Shown here in pieces: positions 10,177 through 18,995 of a DNA stretch of 64,000 nucleotides (position 1 is its first letter; each line of letters opens with the position of its first letter). The stretch covers positions 224,001 to 288,000 of the forward strand of contig CBDDBZ010000034.1 in the NCBI GenBank assembly GCA_965225945.1. The letters are read 5' to 3'. The stretch is from Alphaproteobacteria bacterium. Its GTDB lineage: Bacteria; Pseudomonadota; Alphaproteobacteria; GCA-2731375. Made by a program: the position numbers and the translations under genes. The notes beneath the pieces are model-generated. The model saw only the letters and a program-made list of their open reading frames with translations, ran no database searches and was not told the origin of the DNA.

Positions 10177-10773
10177 GTGAGGGAAGCACGAGACGTGGGC
10201 ACGCTCGATCGCGGCGAGGCGGTACCGCGGTTGCTGGGCGATCTCGACGATTTTCTCGTCGTCACCGGACTCGCCGGGCCGGCCAAGGATGTCGCCAACA
10301 TCGCGCGCGGCAAGCCCAATTGCTTCTACCTGGCCGGCGCCATGGGGGGCGCCGTGGCGATGGGCCTGGGCCTCGCATTGGCTTGGCCGGAGAAGCGCGT
10401 GCTGGTGGTCACCGGCGATGGCGAGCTGTTGATGAACGTCGGCTCGCTGGCGACAGTGGCGGTGCGCAACCCGGCGAACCTCGCCATCGTCTGCGTCGAC
10501 AACGGGCACTATGGCGAGACCGGCTACCAGTTGAGCCATACGGCGCTGGGCACCGACCTCGCGGCCATGGCGTCGGGCGCCGGCATCGCCACGGTCCGGA
10601 CCGTCCGCGACGATGCGGAGATCGACGAGGCCTCCGGTGTGCTCCGGCAACCCAACGGCGTCGCCTTCGTCCTGCTCAAAGTCTCGACCGCCGTGCCGCC
10701 GAAGTTCCGCCGCTCGCTCGACGCCGTGGCCAACAAGATTCGCTTCCGCGAGGCGCTGCTCGGCGAGGCGTGA
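10177..10773 (+). CDS. ThDP-binding decarboxylase beta subunit (ComE-like)
   Basis: GAMG and GDGELLMN...DNGHYGETG ThDP motif. Confidence 0.82.
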   Translation: MREARDVGTLDRGEAVPRLLGDLDDFLVVTGLAGPAKDVANIARGKPNCFYLAGAMGGAVAMGLGLALAWPEKRVLVVTGDGELLMNVGSLATVAVRNPANLAIVCVDNGHYGETGYQLSHTALGTDLAAMASGAGIATVRTVRDDAEIDEASGVLRQPNGVAFVLLKVSTAVPPKFRRSLDAVANKIRFREALLGEA

Positions 10774-10806
10774 TCGCCTGCCCGCGCCCCGAGGGGAAGG
10801 ACGACC

Positions 10807-11739
10807 ATGACCGTGCTGCTGTTTCACTCCCCCAATGATCCGGTGGACCTCTGGGTGCCGGAATTGCAACGCGAGCTGCCGGAGGTGGAGATCCGGGTGA
10901 CGCCGGAGATCGGCGAGCCGGCCGAGATCGACTACGCGCTGGTCTGGAAGCCACCCACCGGCATGCTGGCGAGCCTACCGAACCTGCGCGTGACCTTTTC
11001 CCTCGCCGCCGGTGTCGATCACATCCTGGAGGATGCGGAGCGGCCGACGCATGTGCCGATCGTCCGCATGCTGGACGACAATCTGCGCGACATGATGAGC
11101 GAATACGCCATCCTGGGCGTCCTGCACTTTCACCGCTACATGCTGGAATACATCGCCGAACAGCCGAGCGAGAAATGGGACCGGCGCTGGCCGATCTACA
11201 CGCCGGAGACCCATGTCGGCGTGCTGGGCCTGGGCGCCATCGGCCTGGACGTGGCGGAGAAATTCCGCGTGCTCGGCTTCCAGGTGCACGGCTGGAGCCG
11301 GACGCCGAGCGAGGTCGCCGGCATCACCTGCCATCACGGGCCCGAGGGATTGACGGCAATGTTGCCGCTCTGCCGCTATCTGGTTTGCGTGCTGCCGCTG
11401 ACCGACGCGACCCGGGGCATCATCGGCGCTGAGACGCTGGCCGCGCTGCCGGAGGACGCGGTGGTGGTGAATCTCGGCCGGGGCGGCCACGTGGTCGACG
11501 AAGATCTGCTGGCGGCGCTCGATTCGGGCCGGCTCCGGGGCGCCTTCCTGGACGTCTTCAACGACGAGCCGCTTCCCGCCGACCACCCTTATCGGCGCCA
11601 CCCCAAGGTGGTGATGACGCCGCACGTCGCCGGCGAGCTGGTGCCGAAGTCCTGCGCCCGCTCGATCGCGCGCAACTTGCGCGACCACCTGGCGGGAGAG
11701 CCGATGCGCGGCGTCCTCGATCTCGAACGCGGCTACTGA
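10807..11739 (+). CDS. ghrA: glyoxylate/hydroxypyruvate reductase A-like 2-hydroxyacid dehydrogenase
   Basis: AGVDH, GLGAIG, NLGRG, LDVF..EPLP, TPHVA motifs. Confidence 0.85.
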   Translation: MTVLLFHSPNDPVDLWVPELQRELPEVEIRVTPEIGEPAEIDYALVWKPPTGMLASLPNLRVTFSLAAGVDHILEDAERPTHVPIVRMLDDNLRDMMSEYAILGVLHFHRYMLEYIAEQPSEKWDRRWPIYTPETHVGVLGLGAIGLDVAEKFRVLGFQVHGWSRTPSEVAGITCHHGPEGLTAMLPLCRYLVCVLPLTDATRGIIGAETLAALPEDAVVVNLGRGGHVVDEDLLAALDSGRLRGAFLDVFNDEPLPADHPYRRHPKVVMTPHVAGELVPKSCARSIARNLRDHLAGEPMRGVLDLERGY

Positions 11740-11792
11740 GTTGATCGTGTAACAGTCCGTCGCTTCGCCGAGGGGCTTGTTCTTCCGATCAA

Positions 11793-12686
11793 CTACCGAC
11801 GGGGCGCCGTTCGGCGCTCGACTTCCGACCAGATGCGCCGGGCCGCCCGCGCCGGCGCGCCCTCGGCCCGGGCACGATCGACGACGTCGCTCAGCCGTTG
11901 CACCGAGACCGCCATGTCGTGCGCGTTGGCGTGCAACAGGCGCCAACCGTCGAGCACGATGCCGACATGGCCCGGAAAGAACAACAAGTCGCCCCGACGG
12001 AGCACCGAAAGATCTTCCGGATGGTCCAGGATCGCGCCGACGACGGCCTCCTGCTGATCGCTGTCGCGCGGTGGCGTGAGGCCGGCCCGCTGCAGGACGA
12101 TCTGCAGGAAGCCCGAACAGTCCATTCCGTCGATGCCGCGACCGCCCCAGAGATAGGGCACGCCGACGAGCGACATGCCGGTCGCGATGTAGTCCGCCTG
12201 GCTCGCCTCGCGCGGCGCCAGATGATCGGCGAAGATCCAGCCGCCGCCACCGACCTCGACGAACGCCCCGTCCCGCCGGCCCCCGCCGCCGACGACCAGG
12301 CTGGCGAGCGAAAGACGCAGCGGCGCCGGAGACTTGAGATCCGGCGCGCGATAGAGATAGGTCGCCGGGACCACCACCTCATGGCTCGGCGTGCCGATAT
12401 CGGCCCCCAGCGCGTCGGCCGCGACCCAGCCGACGTAGTAATCCCGTGTCGCCTGACCCCAGGCCCAGCCGTCTTGCTCGTCGTAGACGATGAATCCTTC
12501 GCCGAAGAGGAGCTCGCTCTCCCGTCGCGCGTGCGCGCCGGGAGAGAAGGCGATCATTGTGCGCCCCCGGATCACGCGGCGGAGGTCGCCCTGGGCTTGC
12601 TTCGGTCTCGGATAGCGGTCGCGCAAATGGTGCGCGACCAGATCGTCGCGCACCGGCGTCACCCGGGGATCGAAATCGTCGCTCAT
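11793..12686 (-). CDS. NlpC/P60 (C40) peptidase with N-terminal SH3-like domains
   Basis: PYLWGG, DCSG, PRDSD, GHVG, LHAN motifs. Confidence 0.92.
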   Translation of the reverse strand: MSDDFDPRVTPVRDDLVAHHLRDRYPRPKQAQGDLRRVIRGRTMIAFSPGAHARRESELLFGEGFIVYDEQDGWAWGQATRDYYVGWVAADALGADIGTPSHEVVVPATYLYRAPDLKSPAPLRLSLASLVVGGGGRRDGAFVEVGGGGWIFADHLAPREASQADYIATGMSLVGVPYLWGGRGIDGMDCSGFLQIVLQRAGLTPPRDSDQQEAVVGAILDHPEDLSVLRRGDLLFFPGHVGIVLDGWRLLHANAHDMAVSVQRLSDVVDRARAEGAPARAARRIWSEVERRTAPRR

Positions 12687-13033
12687 CCCATCGCCTCCTT
12701 TCGCGCCCCCTCGATCGTCTGGGCGAACTCGCTTAAGAAGACCGCGCCCTTGACGGTGCGGTGCACGAGTACGCTACGCCGATCCGCGTCGTCCACCCGG
12801 CGGCAGGCAAAGTCGAGACGGGTCAGTGCGTCGATCGCGCGAACCACGGCCGGCTTGGAAATCCCGAGACTCCGGGCGAGAGCCCGCACGGTGTGCGGTG
12901 GCGGCTCCAGATAGACCGTCAGCAACAGGGCGAGTTGGCGTGAGGTCAAGTCCGGGCCGGGTCCGGCGACGGCAGTCCTGAGGACTCTGTGCCAGAGCCC
13001 CAGCAGCGCCTCCCTTTCCGCCACCACGGCCAT
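12683..13033 (-). CDS. MarR family transcriptional regulator
   Basis: TVRALARSLGISKPAV HTH, DRRSV motif. Confidence 0.88.
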   Translation of the reverse strand: MAVVAEREALLGLWHRVLRTAVAGPGPDLTSRQLALLLTVYLEPPPHTVRALARSLGISKPAVVRAIDALTRLDFACRRVDDADRRSVLVHRTVKGAVFLSEFAQTIEGARKEAMG

Positions 13034-13109
13034 CGTCGGCTTCCCAATTCAATCTAGAGGCTTATCGTTCCGGATACGGAGCGAAATGGCAAGCCGTGGG
13101 GCCCGGCCT

Positions 13110-14480
13110 TCAACCGTAACGTTCTGCGATCACCTCGAAGAGCGCGCGTATGGTTTGGGCTTCGCCGCCGCGCGGACGGCCGGGCCGCGACTTGTCGTTC
13201 CAGGCGTACATGTCGAAATGCATCCAGGTCGCGCTCCGCTCCACAAACGACTCGAGGAACAGGGCGGCGGTGACGGCGCCCGCCATCGGACCGTCGCTGA
13301 CGTTGTTGAGATCGGCGATCGGGCTCTTCAATCCCTCGGCGTAGGGTCGGTGGAGCGGCAAGCGCCAGAGTGGGTCGACGATGCGGCGAGAGTGGCGGAG
13401 CGTCGCCTCGGCCAGAGCCTCGTCGGCGGTGAACATCGCCGGCAATTCGGGCCCGAGGGCGACCCGGGCCGCGCCGGTGAGAGTCGCCATGTCGATGACC
13501 AGATCGGGCGCCTCCTCGTCCGCCAGCGCCAGCGCGTCCGAGAGGATGATGCGGCCCTCGGCGTCGGTGTTGCCGATCTCGACTGAAAGGCCCTTGCGGG
13601 TAACGATGACGTCGCCCGGACGGAAGGCGTTGCCGGCGATCGCGTTCTCGACCGCCGGGATCAACACCCTGAGGCGCACCGCCAGACCGGCGCCCATCAC
13701 CAAGGAGGCCAGGCCCAACACGTTGGCGGCACCCCCCATGTCCTTCTTCATCCGCAGCATGCCGCTCGACGGCTTGATGTCGAGGCCGCCGGAATCGAAG
13801 CAGACCCCCTTGCCGATCAGTGTCAGCTTCGGCCGGGCCGCATCGCCCCAGTGGATATCGACCAGCCGGGGCGCGCGGGCGGCGGCGCGCCCGACCGCGT
13901 GGATGGCCGGAAAGTTCCCGGCCAAGAGCTCTTCGCCGACCGTCACCGTCGTCTCGGCCCCGTGCTCGGCGGCGAGCGTGGTGGCGGCCAGCGCCAACTC
14001 CTCCGGCCCCAGGTCCTCCGCCGGCGTGTTGACGAGATCGCGAACCAGGCCGACCGCGGCGGCGACGCGGCGGATTTGGGGGGCATCGACCGACGGCGGC
14101 CAGACCAGGCGGGCCACCTCGTCGTCCGCCGTCCGGTAGCGATCGAAGGCATAGCCGCCAAGCGCCCAGCCGAGCGCGGCGGGCGCCGCCAAGTCGTCGG
14201 TCAGGCCGGACAAACGATAGACGCCGCCCGGCAGTCCCCTGGCGAGACCACCGAAGCACCAGAGGTCCGGTGCCGAACCGAGGCCCAGCGCAACGCCCGC
14301 AAGGCTACCGTCGGTGGCGGGAACGAGGCGGATCTCGCCGGCCTCCGCCTTGAAGCCGGTGGTGGCGAGCCAGGTTCGCTGTTCCTCGGGACGCGTGCGC
14401 GACCAAGCCTCGAGGGCGTCCTCGGCAACCGACCAGACGGGCGTCGCCTCGTCGGACGACTCGATCAATATCTCCGGCAC
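13110..14480 (-). CDS. M17 leucyl aminopeptidase family protein
   Basis: GKGVCFDSGG, MKKDMGG, NTDAEGR, ATLTG motifs; GTG start after GAGGAGG. Confidence 0.94.
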   Translation of the reverse strand: MPEILIESSDEATPVWSVAEDALEAWSRTRPEEQRTWLATTGFKAEAGEIRLVPATDGSLAGVALGLGSAPDLWCFGGLARGLPGGVYRLSGLTDDLAAPAALGWALGGYAFDRYRTADDEVARLVWPPSVDAPQIRRVAAAVGLVRDLVNTPAEDLGPEELALAATTLAAEHGAETTVTVGEELLAGNFPAIHAVGRAAARAPRLVDIHWGDAARPKLTLIGKGVCFDSGGLDIKPSSGMLRMKKDMGGAANVLGLASLVMGAGLAVRLRVLIPAVENAIAGNAFRPGDVIVTRKGLSVEIGNTDAEGRIILSDALALADEEAPDLVIDMATLTGAARVALGPELPAMFTADEALAEATLRHSRRIVDPLWRLPLHRPYAEGLKSPIADLNNVSDGPMAGAVTAALFLESFVERSATWMHFDMYAWNDKSRPGRPRGGEAQTIRALFEVIAERYG

Positions 14481-14577
14481 CTTCACCCCTCCTCGGCGGT
14501 TGCGAGTTCCCTTGCTCGCGCGATGGCCAGACCTAGCATGCCGACGGGAGCGCGGGGAGTCGCCAGTCAGGGCGGTA

Positions 14578-14845
14578 CTACCGGCGACGTGCCGTCGGCA
14601 GCGCCTCGGCGAATTCGACCAATCCGGCGCCCCGCGCGGCATCGGTGACGAATGCCGGCGGTGGATCGAGTGGGTTCGCGTGATCGCGCAGGTTGGCGAC
14701 GCCGACGCTCGAGGGAAAGCGCGCGAATATCGGCGCATCGTTGGGGGAATCGCCGATGAAGGCGACACGCGATCGGGTGGACCGGTCGGGTCGGAGAAAA
14801 GCTCGGTGGCCGAACGAAATGTCACCATCGGCGACTTTCGAGTCG
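14578..14845 (-). pseudogene. C-terminal remnant of a HAD-IIB family hydrolase
   Basis: Manual translation RVAFIGDSPNDAPIFARFPSSVGVAN...FVTDAARGAGLVEFAEAL*; no N-terminus or start. Confidence 0.72.
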
Positions 14846-14850
14846 GGTTC

Positions 14851-15666
14851 TCAGTCGAAAAGAGCGTCGATATCAGCCTGGTTGGCGGTGGTGGCGGGCG
14901 GGCTCGACTTTGTTTCCTCGGCCGGTGCCGGCTCCGCTGGCGCGGTCTCCGCCGCGCTCGGCGCTGCCTCGACCGCGACCACCCTGGGCGTTTCGAGCGG
15001 CACGACCGCGCCGAACAGATCGTCGACCGCGTCCTGGTCGTTGCCCTCGCCTCGCAAGGCCGGGCCGTTCAGCAACAGGGAATCGTCGTCGACGCAGGGC
15101 TCGTCCTCCGCATCGTGATCCTGGTCGTCGATGTTCGGTCCCCAGGCCCTTTCCAGCTTGTTGAGGCGGTCCTCGATGAAGGTGAAGGTCGAGACCACCT
15201 TGGAAATGCGCTAGCCGGTGATGTCCTGGAAGGAGCAGGCCTCGAAGATCCGCATGCAGGCGTCGTTCACACTCCGCGTGCCCTCGGGCGTGCTCATGTC
15301 GGTGCTCATGATCTCCTCGGCGGCGTCCATGATCGAGCCGGTCGCCTCCTCGGTCGACTGAACGATCGCCTCGAGCTCGCGCCCCGCCGCCGGAATCCTC
15401 TTGCTCTTCAACTCGTTCGGCCGGAGTTGCGAGATCTCCTCGCGGGCGTCCGCAATGTGATCGATGATCGCGCGAAACTCGCGACAGACCGCCGTGTTGA
15501 TGGAGCCGAAGTAACGCTCCATCGTGCTGATCAGCATCTCGGACACCGCGGCGACGTCGCCGAGCGACACATCCCGCGAGCGATCGGCCCGGAATTTGTC
15601 GACCAATTGCTCGATGTTGGCGCTGATCTGGCTGGTTTCCAGCCCTGACCGTTGAAGTAAGGACAT
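14851..15666 (-). pseudogene. cheZ: CheZ-like CheY phosphatase with a nonsense mutation
   Basis: ELEAIVQSTEEAT...IFEACSFQDITG*RISKVV; in-frame TAG at 15211-15213. Confidence 0.88.
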
Positions 15667-15744
15667 GGTATCAACCGATCTCAAAATTCGCCGATCACGG
15701 AGCACATCTTGGTTTTCAGCGTGGCCGCGTTGAAGGGCTTGACG

Positions 15745-16967
15745 CATGGTACACGACGGCATTTACGTAGGACGTTGAAAAGGTTGTAGGATTCCCGATT
15801 CACTCCACGACGAGTCAAGAGGGAAATCATGCGAGACAACCCGATCAACGCCCTGCGTGAGACGCTACGATGCGGCTTCGCCTTTCGCAAGAGCCGTCTG
15901 GAGAGCCTTTGCGTCTTGGTCTTCGGCGTGTTCGTCGCCCGGACGGTGAACCTCTCTCACTTGGCCTGCCACTTTCCGGGGCGCGCGCGATCCAGCTCCA
16001 ACTATCGGCGCCTGCAACGGTTTTTCGAGCAAGTCGATTTCGATTACGATCGCCTCGCCGAGTTCCTGGTCGCGATGATGGGGCTCCAGGCGGGGCCGTG
16101 GCGGCTGACCATGGACCGGACCAACTGGCGGCTGGGTCGCCGCGACGTCAACATCTTGATGATCGGCATCGTCAACCGCGCCATCGCCATTCCCGTGTGC
16201 TGGCGGGTGCTCGACAAGGCGGGCAATTCCAATACCAAGGAGCGGATCGCGATCCTCGAACACGTCCTCCGGCTCTTCGGGGTCGACAAGATCGCCAGCC
16301 TCCTGGCCGACCGGGAATTCATCGGCGACGCCTGGCTGGCATGGTTGCAGGAAAAGGCCATCCCCTTTCACATCCGCATCCGATCCAACATCAAGATCGC
16401 CAACACGCGTGGTCGCATGGTCAAGGCGAGGGAGCTGTTTCGCGACCTCAAACCCGGGGAAAGCCGCATCCTCTCCAACGCCAGGCGCCTCTCGGAGGCC
16501 AGAAAACCCAAGGCCAGGCCCGTCTTCGTCGCCGCGCTCCATCTCAAGACCGGCGAACTGTTGATCGTCGTGACCAACGACGCGCCCGAGGAGGCCTTGG
16601 CCATCTACGCCCAGCGCTGGCAAATCGAGACCCTCTTCGCCGCCTTGAAAACCCGTGGCTTCAACCTCGAAGACACCCACATGACCGACCCGGAGCGCAT
16701 CTCCAAGCTCACCGCCGTCCTTTCCATCACCTTCTGCTGGGCGCACAAAGTCGGCGATTGGCTCCACGAGGCCGAGCCGATCCGCCTCAAAACCCACAAA
16801 AGGATGGCAAAATCCATCTTCCGATACGGTTTCGAGTGGATAAGGCGACAGCTCGTCAATCCTATCGACAGGCGTCAAGCCATTGAGCTGATTCGTTTCC
16901 TCGTCCCCGGAAAACCACCAGTCCAGGTGCCCAGGCCAAAGCCAGCATGAACGAGTCGTGTACTGTG
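15745..16967 (+). mobile_element. IS4 family (ISAba1-like) insertion sequence, copy 2, 1223 bp
   Basis: Same IRs as copy 1; 9-bp TSD GGCTTGACG at 15736-15744 and 16968-16976. Confidence 0.95.
15829..16950 (+). CDS. IS4 family DDE transposase
   Basis: 373 aa, identical translation to copy 1. Confidence 0.95.
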   Translation: MRDNPINALRETLRCGFAFRKSRLESLCVLVFGVFVARTVNLSHLACHFPGRARSSSNYRRLQRFFEQVDFDYDRLAEFLVAMMGLQAGPWRLTMDRTNWRLGRRDVNILMIGIVNRAIAIPVCWRVLDKAGNSNTKERIAILEHVLRLFGVDKIASLLADREFIGDAWLAWLQEKAIPFHIRIRSNIKIANTRGRMVKARELFRDLKPGESRILSNARRLSEARKPKARPVFVAALHLKTGELLIVVTNDAPEEALAIYAQRWQIETLFAALKTRGFNLEDTHMTDPERISKLTAVLSITFCWAHKVGDWLHEAEPIRLKTHKRMAKSIFRYGFEWIRRQLVNPIDRRQAIELIRFLVPGKPPVQVPRPKPA

Positions 16968-17405
16968 GGCTTGACGATATAGTTGTTGACGCCGGCTTTC
17001 TTGGCGGCGATTACGTTCTCGGTCTTGGATTCCGCCGTTACCATGATGAAGGGCGTCTCCGACAGCTTGGCGTCGGAGCGAACCTCCTTCAACAGTTGAT
17101 AGCCGGTCATCGGCTCCATGTTCCAATCGGAGATCACCAAGCCGTATCCTCGGTGGCGCAGCTTCTCTAAGGCTTCCGAGCCGTCCGTCGCCTCGTCGAC
17201 GTTGTCGAAGCCGAGCTGCTTCAAAAGGTTGCGAACGATCCGCAGCATCGTCTTGTAGTCGTCGACGATCAGGATCGACATAGTGAGGTCCACCGCCATT
17301 GTCCGGTTCCTCTTGCTTCATTGCCCCAAGTCGTTGCCGCCGAACGGAACCGTTGTTTGTTCCGCCGCGGCGCGTGTCGATGGCGGGATTATTCCCATGG
17401 CCCGC

Positions 17406-17420
17406 CTAAGAAAGCGTTAA
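17406..17420 (-). promoter_or_regulatory. possible CtrA box upstream of cheY
   Basis: TTAA-N7-TTAG on the minus strand, 1 mismatch to TTAA-N7-TTAA. Confidence 0.4.
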
Positions 17421-17530
17421 ATGCGGTCGCTCGCCCGTCGAGCCCTCGGTTGCGGGGTCGCGCGCCGAGTCATATATTGCGCCGCAACATTCGGCCGCTC
17501 GCGCCGACGCCCGCCGAAAGGAAGTCACGC

Positions 17531-18007
17531 ATGTCCCAAACGCTCGCGGCCGACGCGACGCCGATCGACGCCTACGAGGAGATCCACGGACACGAATTCG
17601 AGGATCTCGCGCCCGGCATGTCGGCCTTCCACGCTCGGACCGTGACCGAGGCGGACATCGTGCTCCTCGCCAGCGCCTCCGGCAACTTCGACCCGCCATA
17701 CCTGAACCGGGAATTCGGCGAACGCTTGCAATTCGGCGGTGGTATCGCGCAGGCCATGGTGACGGCGAGCCTGAACTCCACCGTGGCCGACACCAAGCCG
17801 CCGGGACCGGGCGGCAATTACATGAGCCAGGACATCCGCTTCACCGCGCCGGTCCGCGCCGGCGAAACGGTCACCGCCGAGGCCAGCGGAGTGGAGGTCG
17901 ATCGCGAACGGCGGCGCTGCCGGTCGAGCACGGAATGCGCGCTCGAGGGCGAGCGAGTGGTCACCGGCGAGGTGCTGTTGGTGGTGCCTTCGCGCGAGCG
18001 ACCCTAG
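17531..18007 (+). CDS. MaoC/PhaJ family dehydratase, catalytic residues degenerate
   Basis: FEDL.PG, RTVTEADI, PGPG, FTAPVR.GET motifs; SGDxNPxH reads SGNFDPPY. Confidence 0.78.
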   Translation: MSQTLAADATPIDAYEEIHGHEFEDLAPGMSAFHARTVTEADIVLLASASGNFDPPYLNREFGERLQFGGGIAQAMVTASLNSTVADTKPPGPGGNYMSQDIRFTAPVRAGETVTAEASGVEVDRERRRCRSSTECALEGERVVTGEVLLVVPSRERP

Positions 18008-18020
18008 GCCCGTTCCCTCG

Positions 18021-18995
18021 ATGCGTCTGCTGCGCGATTACCGGAACCCGCCGGCCGCCCTTCGCGGCGCGGTGGTCGCGATCGGTAACTTCGACGGCGT
18101 CCACCGCGGCCATCAGGCGCTCCTCGCGGACTGCCGCCGGAAGGCGGAGGCGCTGGGCCGGCCGTTCGTGGTGCTGACCTTCGAGCCCCACCCACGCCGC
18201 GTCTTCAATCCGGACACCCCTCCCTTTCGCCTGACACCCTTCCGTACCCGCGTGCGTCGGCTGCGCGCGGCGGGCGTCGAGGCGCTCTTCGCGCTCAGGT
18301 TCAATGCAACACTTCACGGCAAGACGGCCGAGGAATTCGTCCGTGACGTCCTGATCGACGGCTTGGCCGCCCGCCACGTGGTCGTCGGCTACGATTTCGT
18401 CTTCGGCCACCGACGGAGCGGCGATGCCGACTTCCTGCGCCGGGCCGGCGAGCAACACGGCTTCGAGGTGACGGTGCTGGAGCCCGTCACCCACCAGGAC
18501 GACGTCTGTTCCTCCACCATCGTCCGCGTCAACCTGGAGAGCGGGCGGGTACGCCGCGCCGCCGAGCTCCTGGGCCATTGGTGGGAGCTCGAGGGCCGGG
18601 TGCGCGGCGGCGACCAACGTGGCCGCCAACTCGGCTTTCCGACTTTGAACCTACATCTCCCGGCCGACGCCCTGAAACCGTCGCTCGGTGTTTATGCGGT
18701 GCATGTCTCGATCGTCGGCGAGGACGGTTCGGACGACTGGCGCGCGGGCGCCGCCAACCTCGGCCGCCGGCCGACCTTCGACGGCACGGGCGTGATCCTG
18801 GAGGTGCATATCCTCGACTATTCCGGCGATCTCTACGGTCGCCGCGTGCGCGTCGCCTTCGTCGAGCATATTCGCCCCGAGAGGAAGTTCGACGGGCTCG
18901 AAGCGTTGAAGGCCCAGATCGACGCCGATTGCCTGGAGGCGCGGCGCATCCTGGCGCCGCCGGAGAACGCGGTGGGCGCCTTCGACGACGAATAG
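18021..18995 (+). CDS. ribF: bifunctional riboflavin kinase/FAD synthetase
   Basis: GNFDGVHRGHQ, TFEPHP, GRQLGFPT, LEVH motifs. Confidence 0.96.
   Translation: MRLLRDYRNPPAALRGAVVAIGNFDGVHRGHQALLADCRRKAEALGRPFVVLTFEPHPRRVFNPDTPPFRLTPFRTRVRRLRAAGVEALFALRFNATLHGKTAEEFVRDVLIDGLAARHVVVGYDFVFGHRRSGDADFLRRAGEQHGFEVTVLEPVTHQDDVCSSTIVRVNLESGRVRRAAELLGHWWELEGRVRGGDQRGRQLGFPTLNLHLPADALKPSLGVYAVHVSIVGEDGSDDWRAGAANLGRRPTFDGTGVILEVHILDYSGDLYGRRVRVAFVEHIRPERKFDGLEALKAQIDADCLEARRILAPPENAVGAFDDE

Larger units (their letters stand above)
15681..17299 (-). pseudogene. cheY: CheY response regulator split by IS4 copy 2
   Basis: N-part ...SDWNMEPM...NNYIVKP (17299-16968); C-part VKPFNAATLKTKMCSVIGEF (15744-15681). 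Confidence 0.93.

Noticed and set aside
15211-15213. Stop-codon recoding or readthrough explaining the in-frame TAG (and the TGA TAA at 39538)
   Set aside because: Many intact genes here end normally in TAG, TGA or TAA, and cheY next door is independently disrupted; pseudogenisation or error is simpler
9405-15744. Composite transposon carrying these genes
   Set aside because: Each IS4 copy has its own distinct TSD, and copy 2 sits inside cheY, so they are independent insertions
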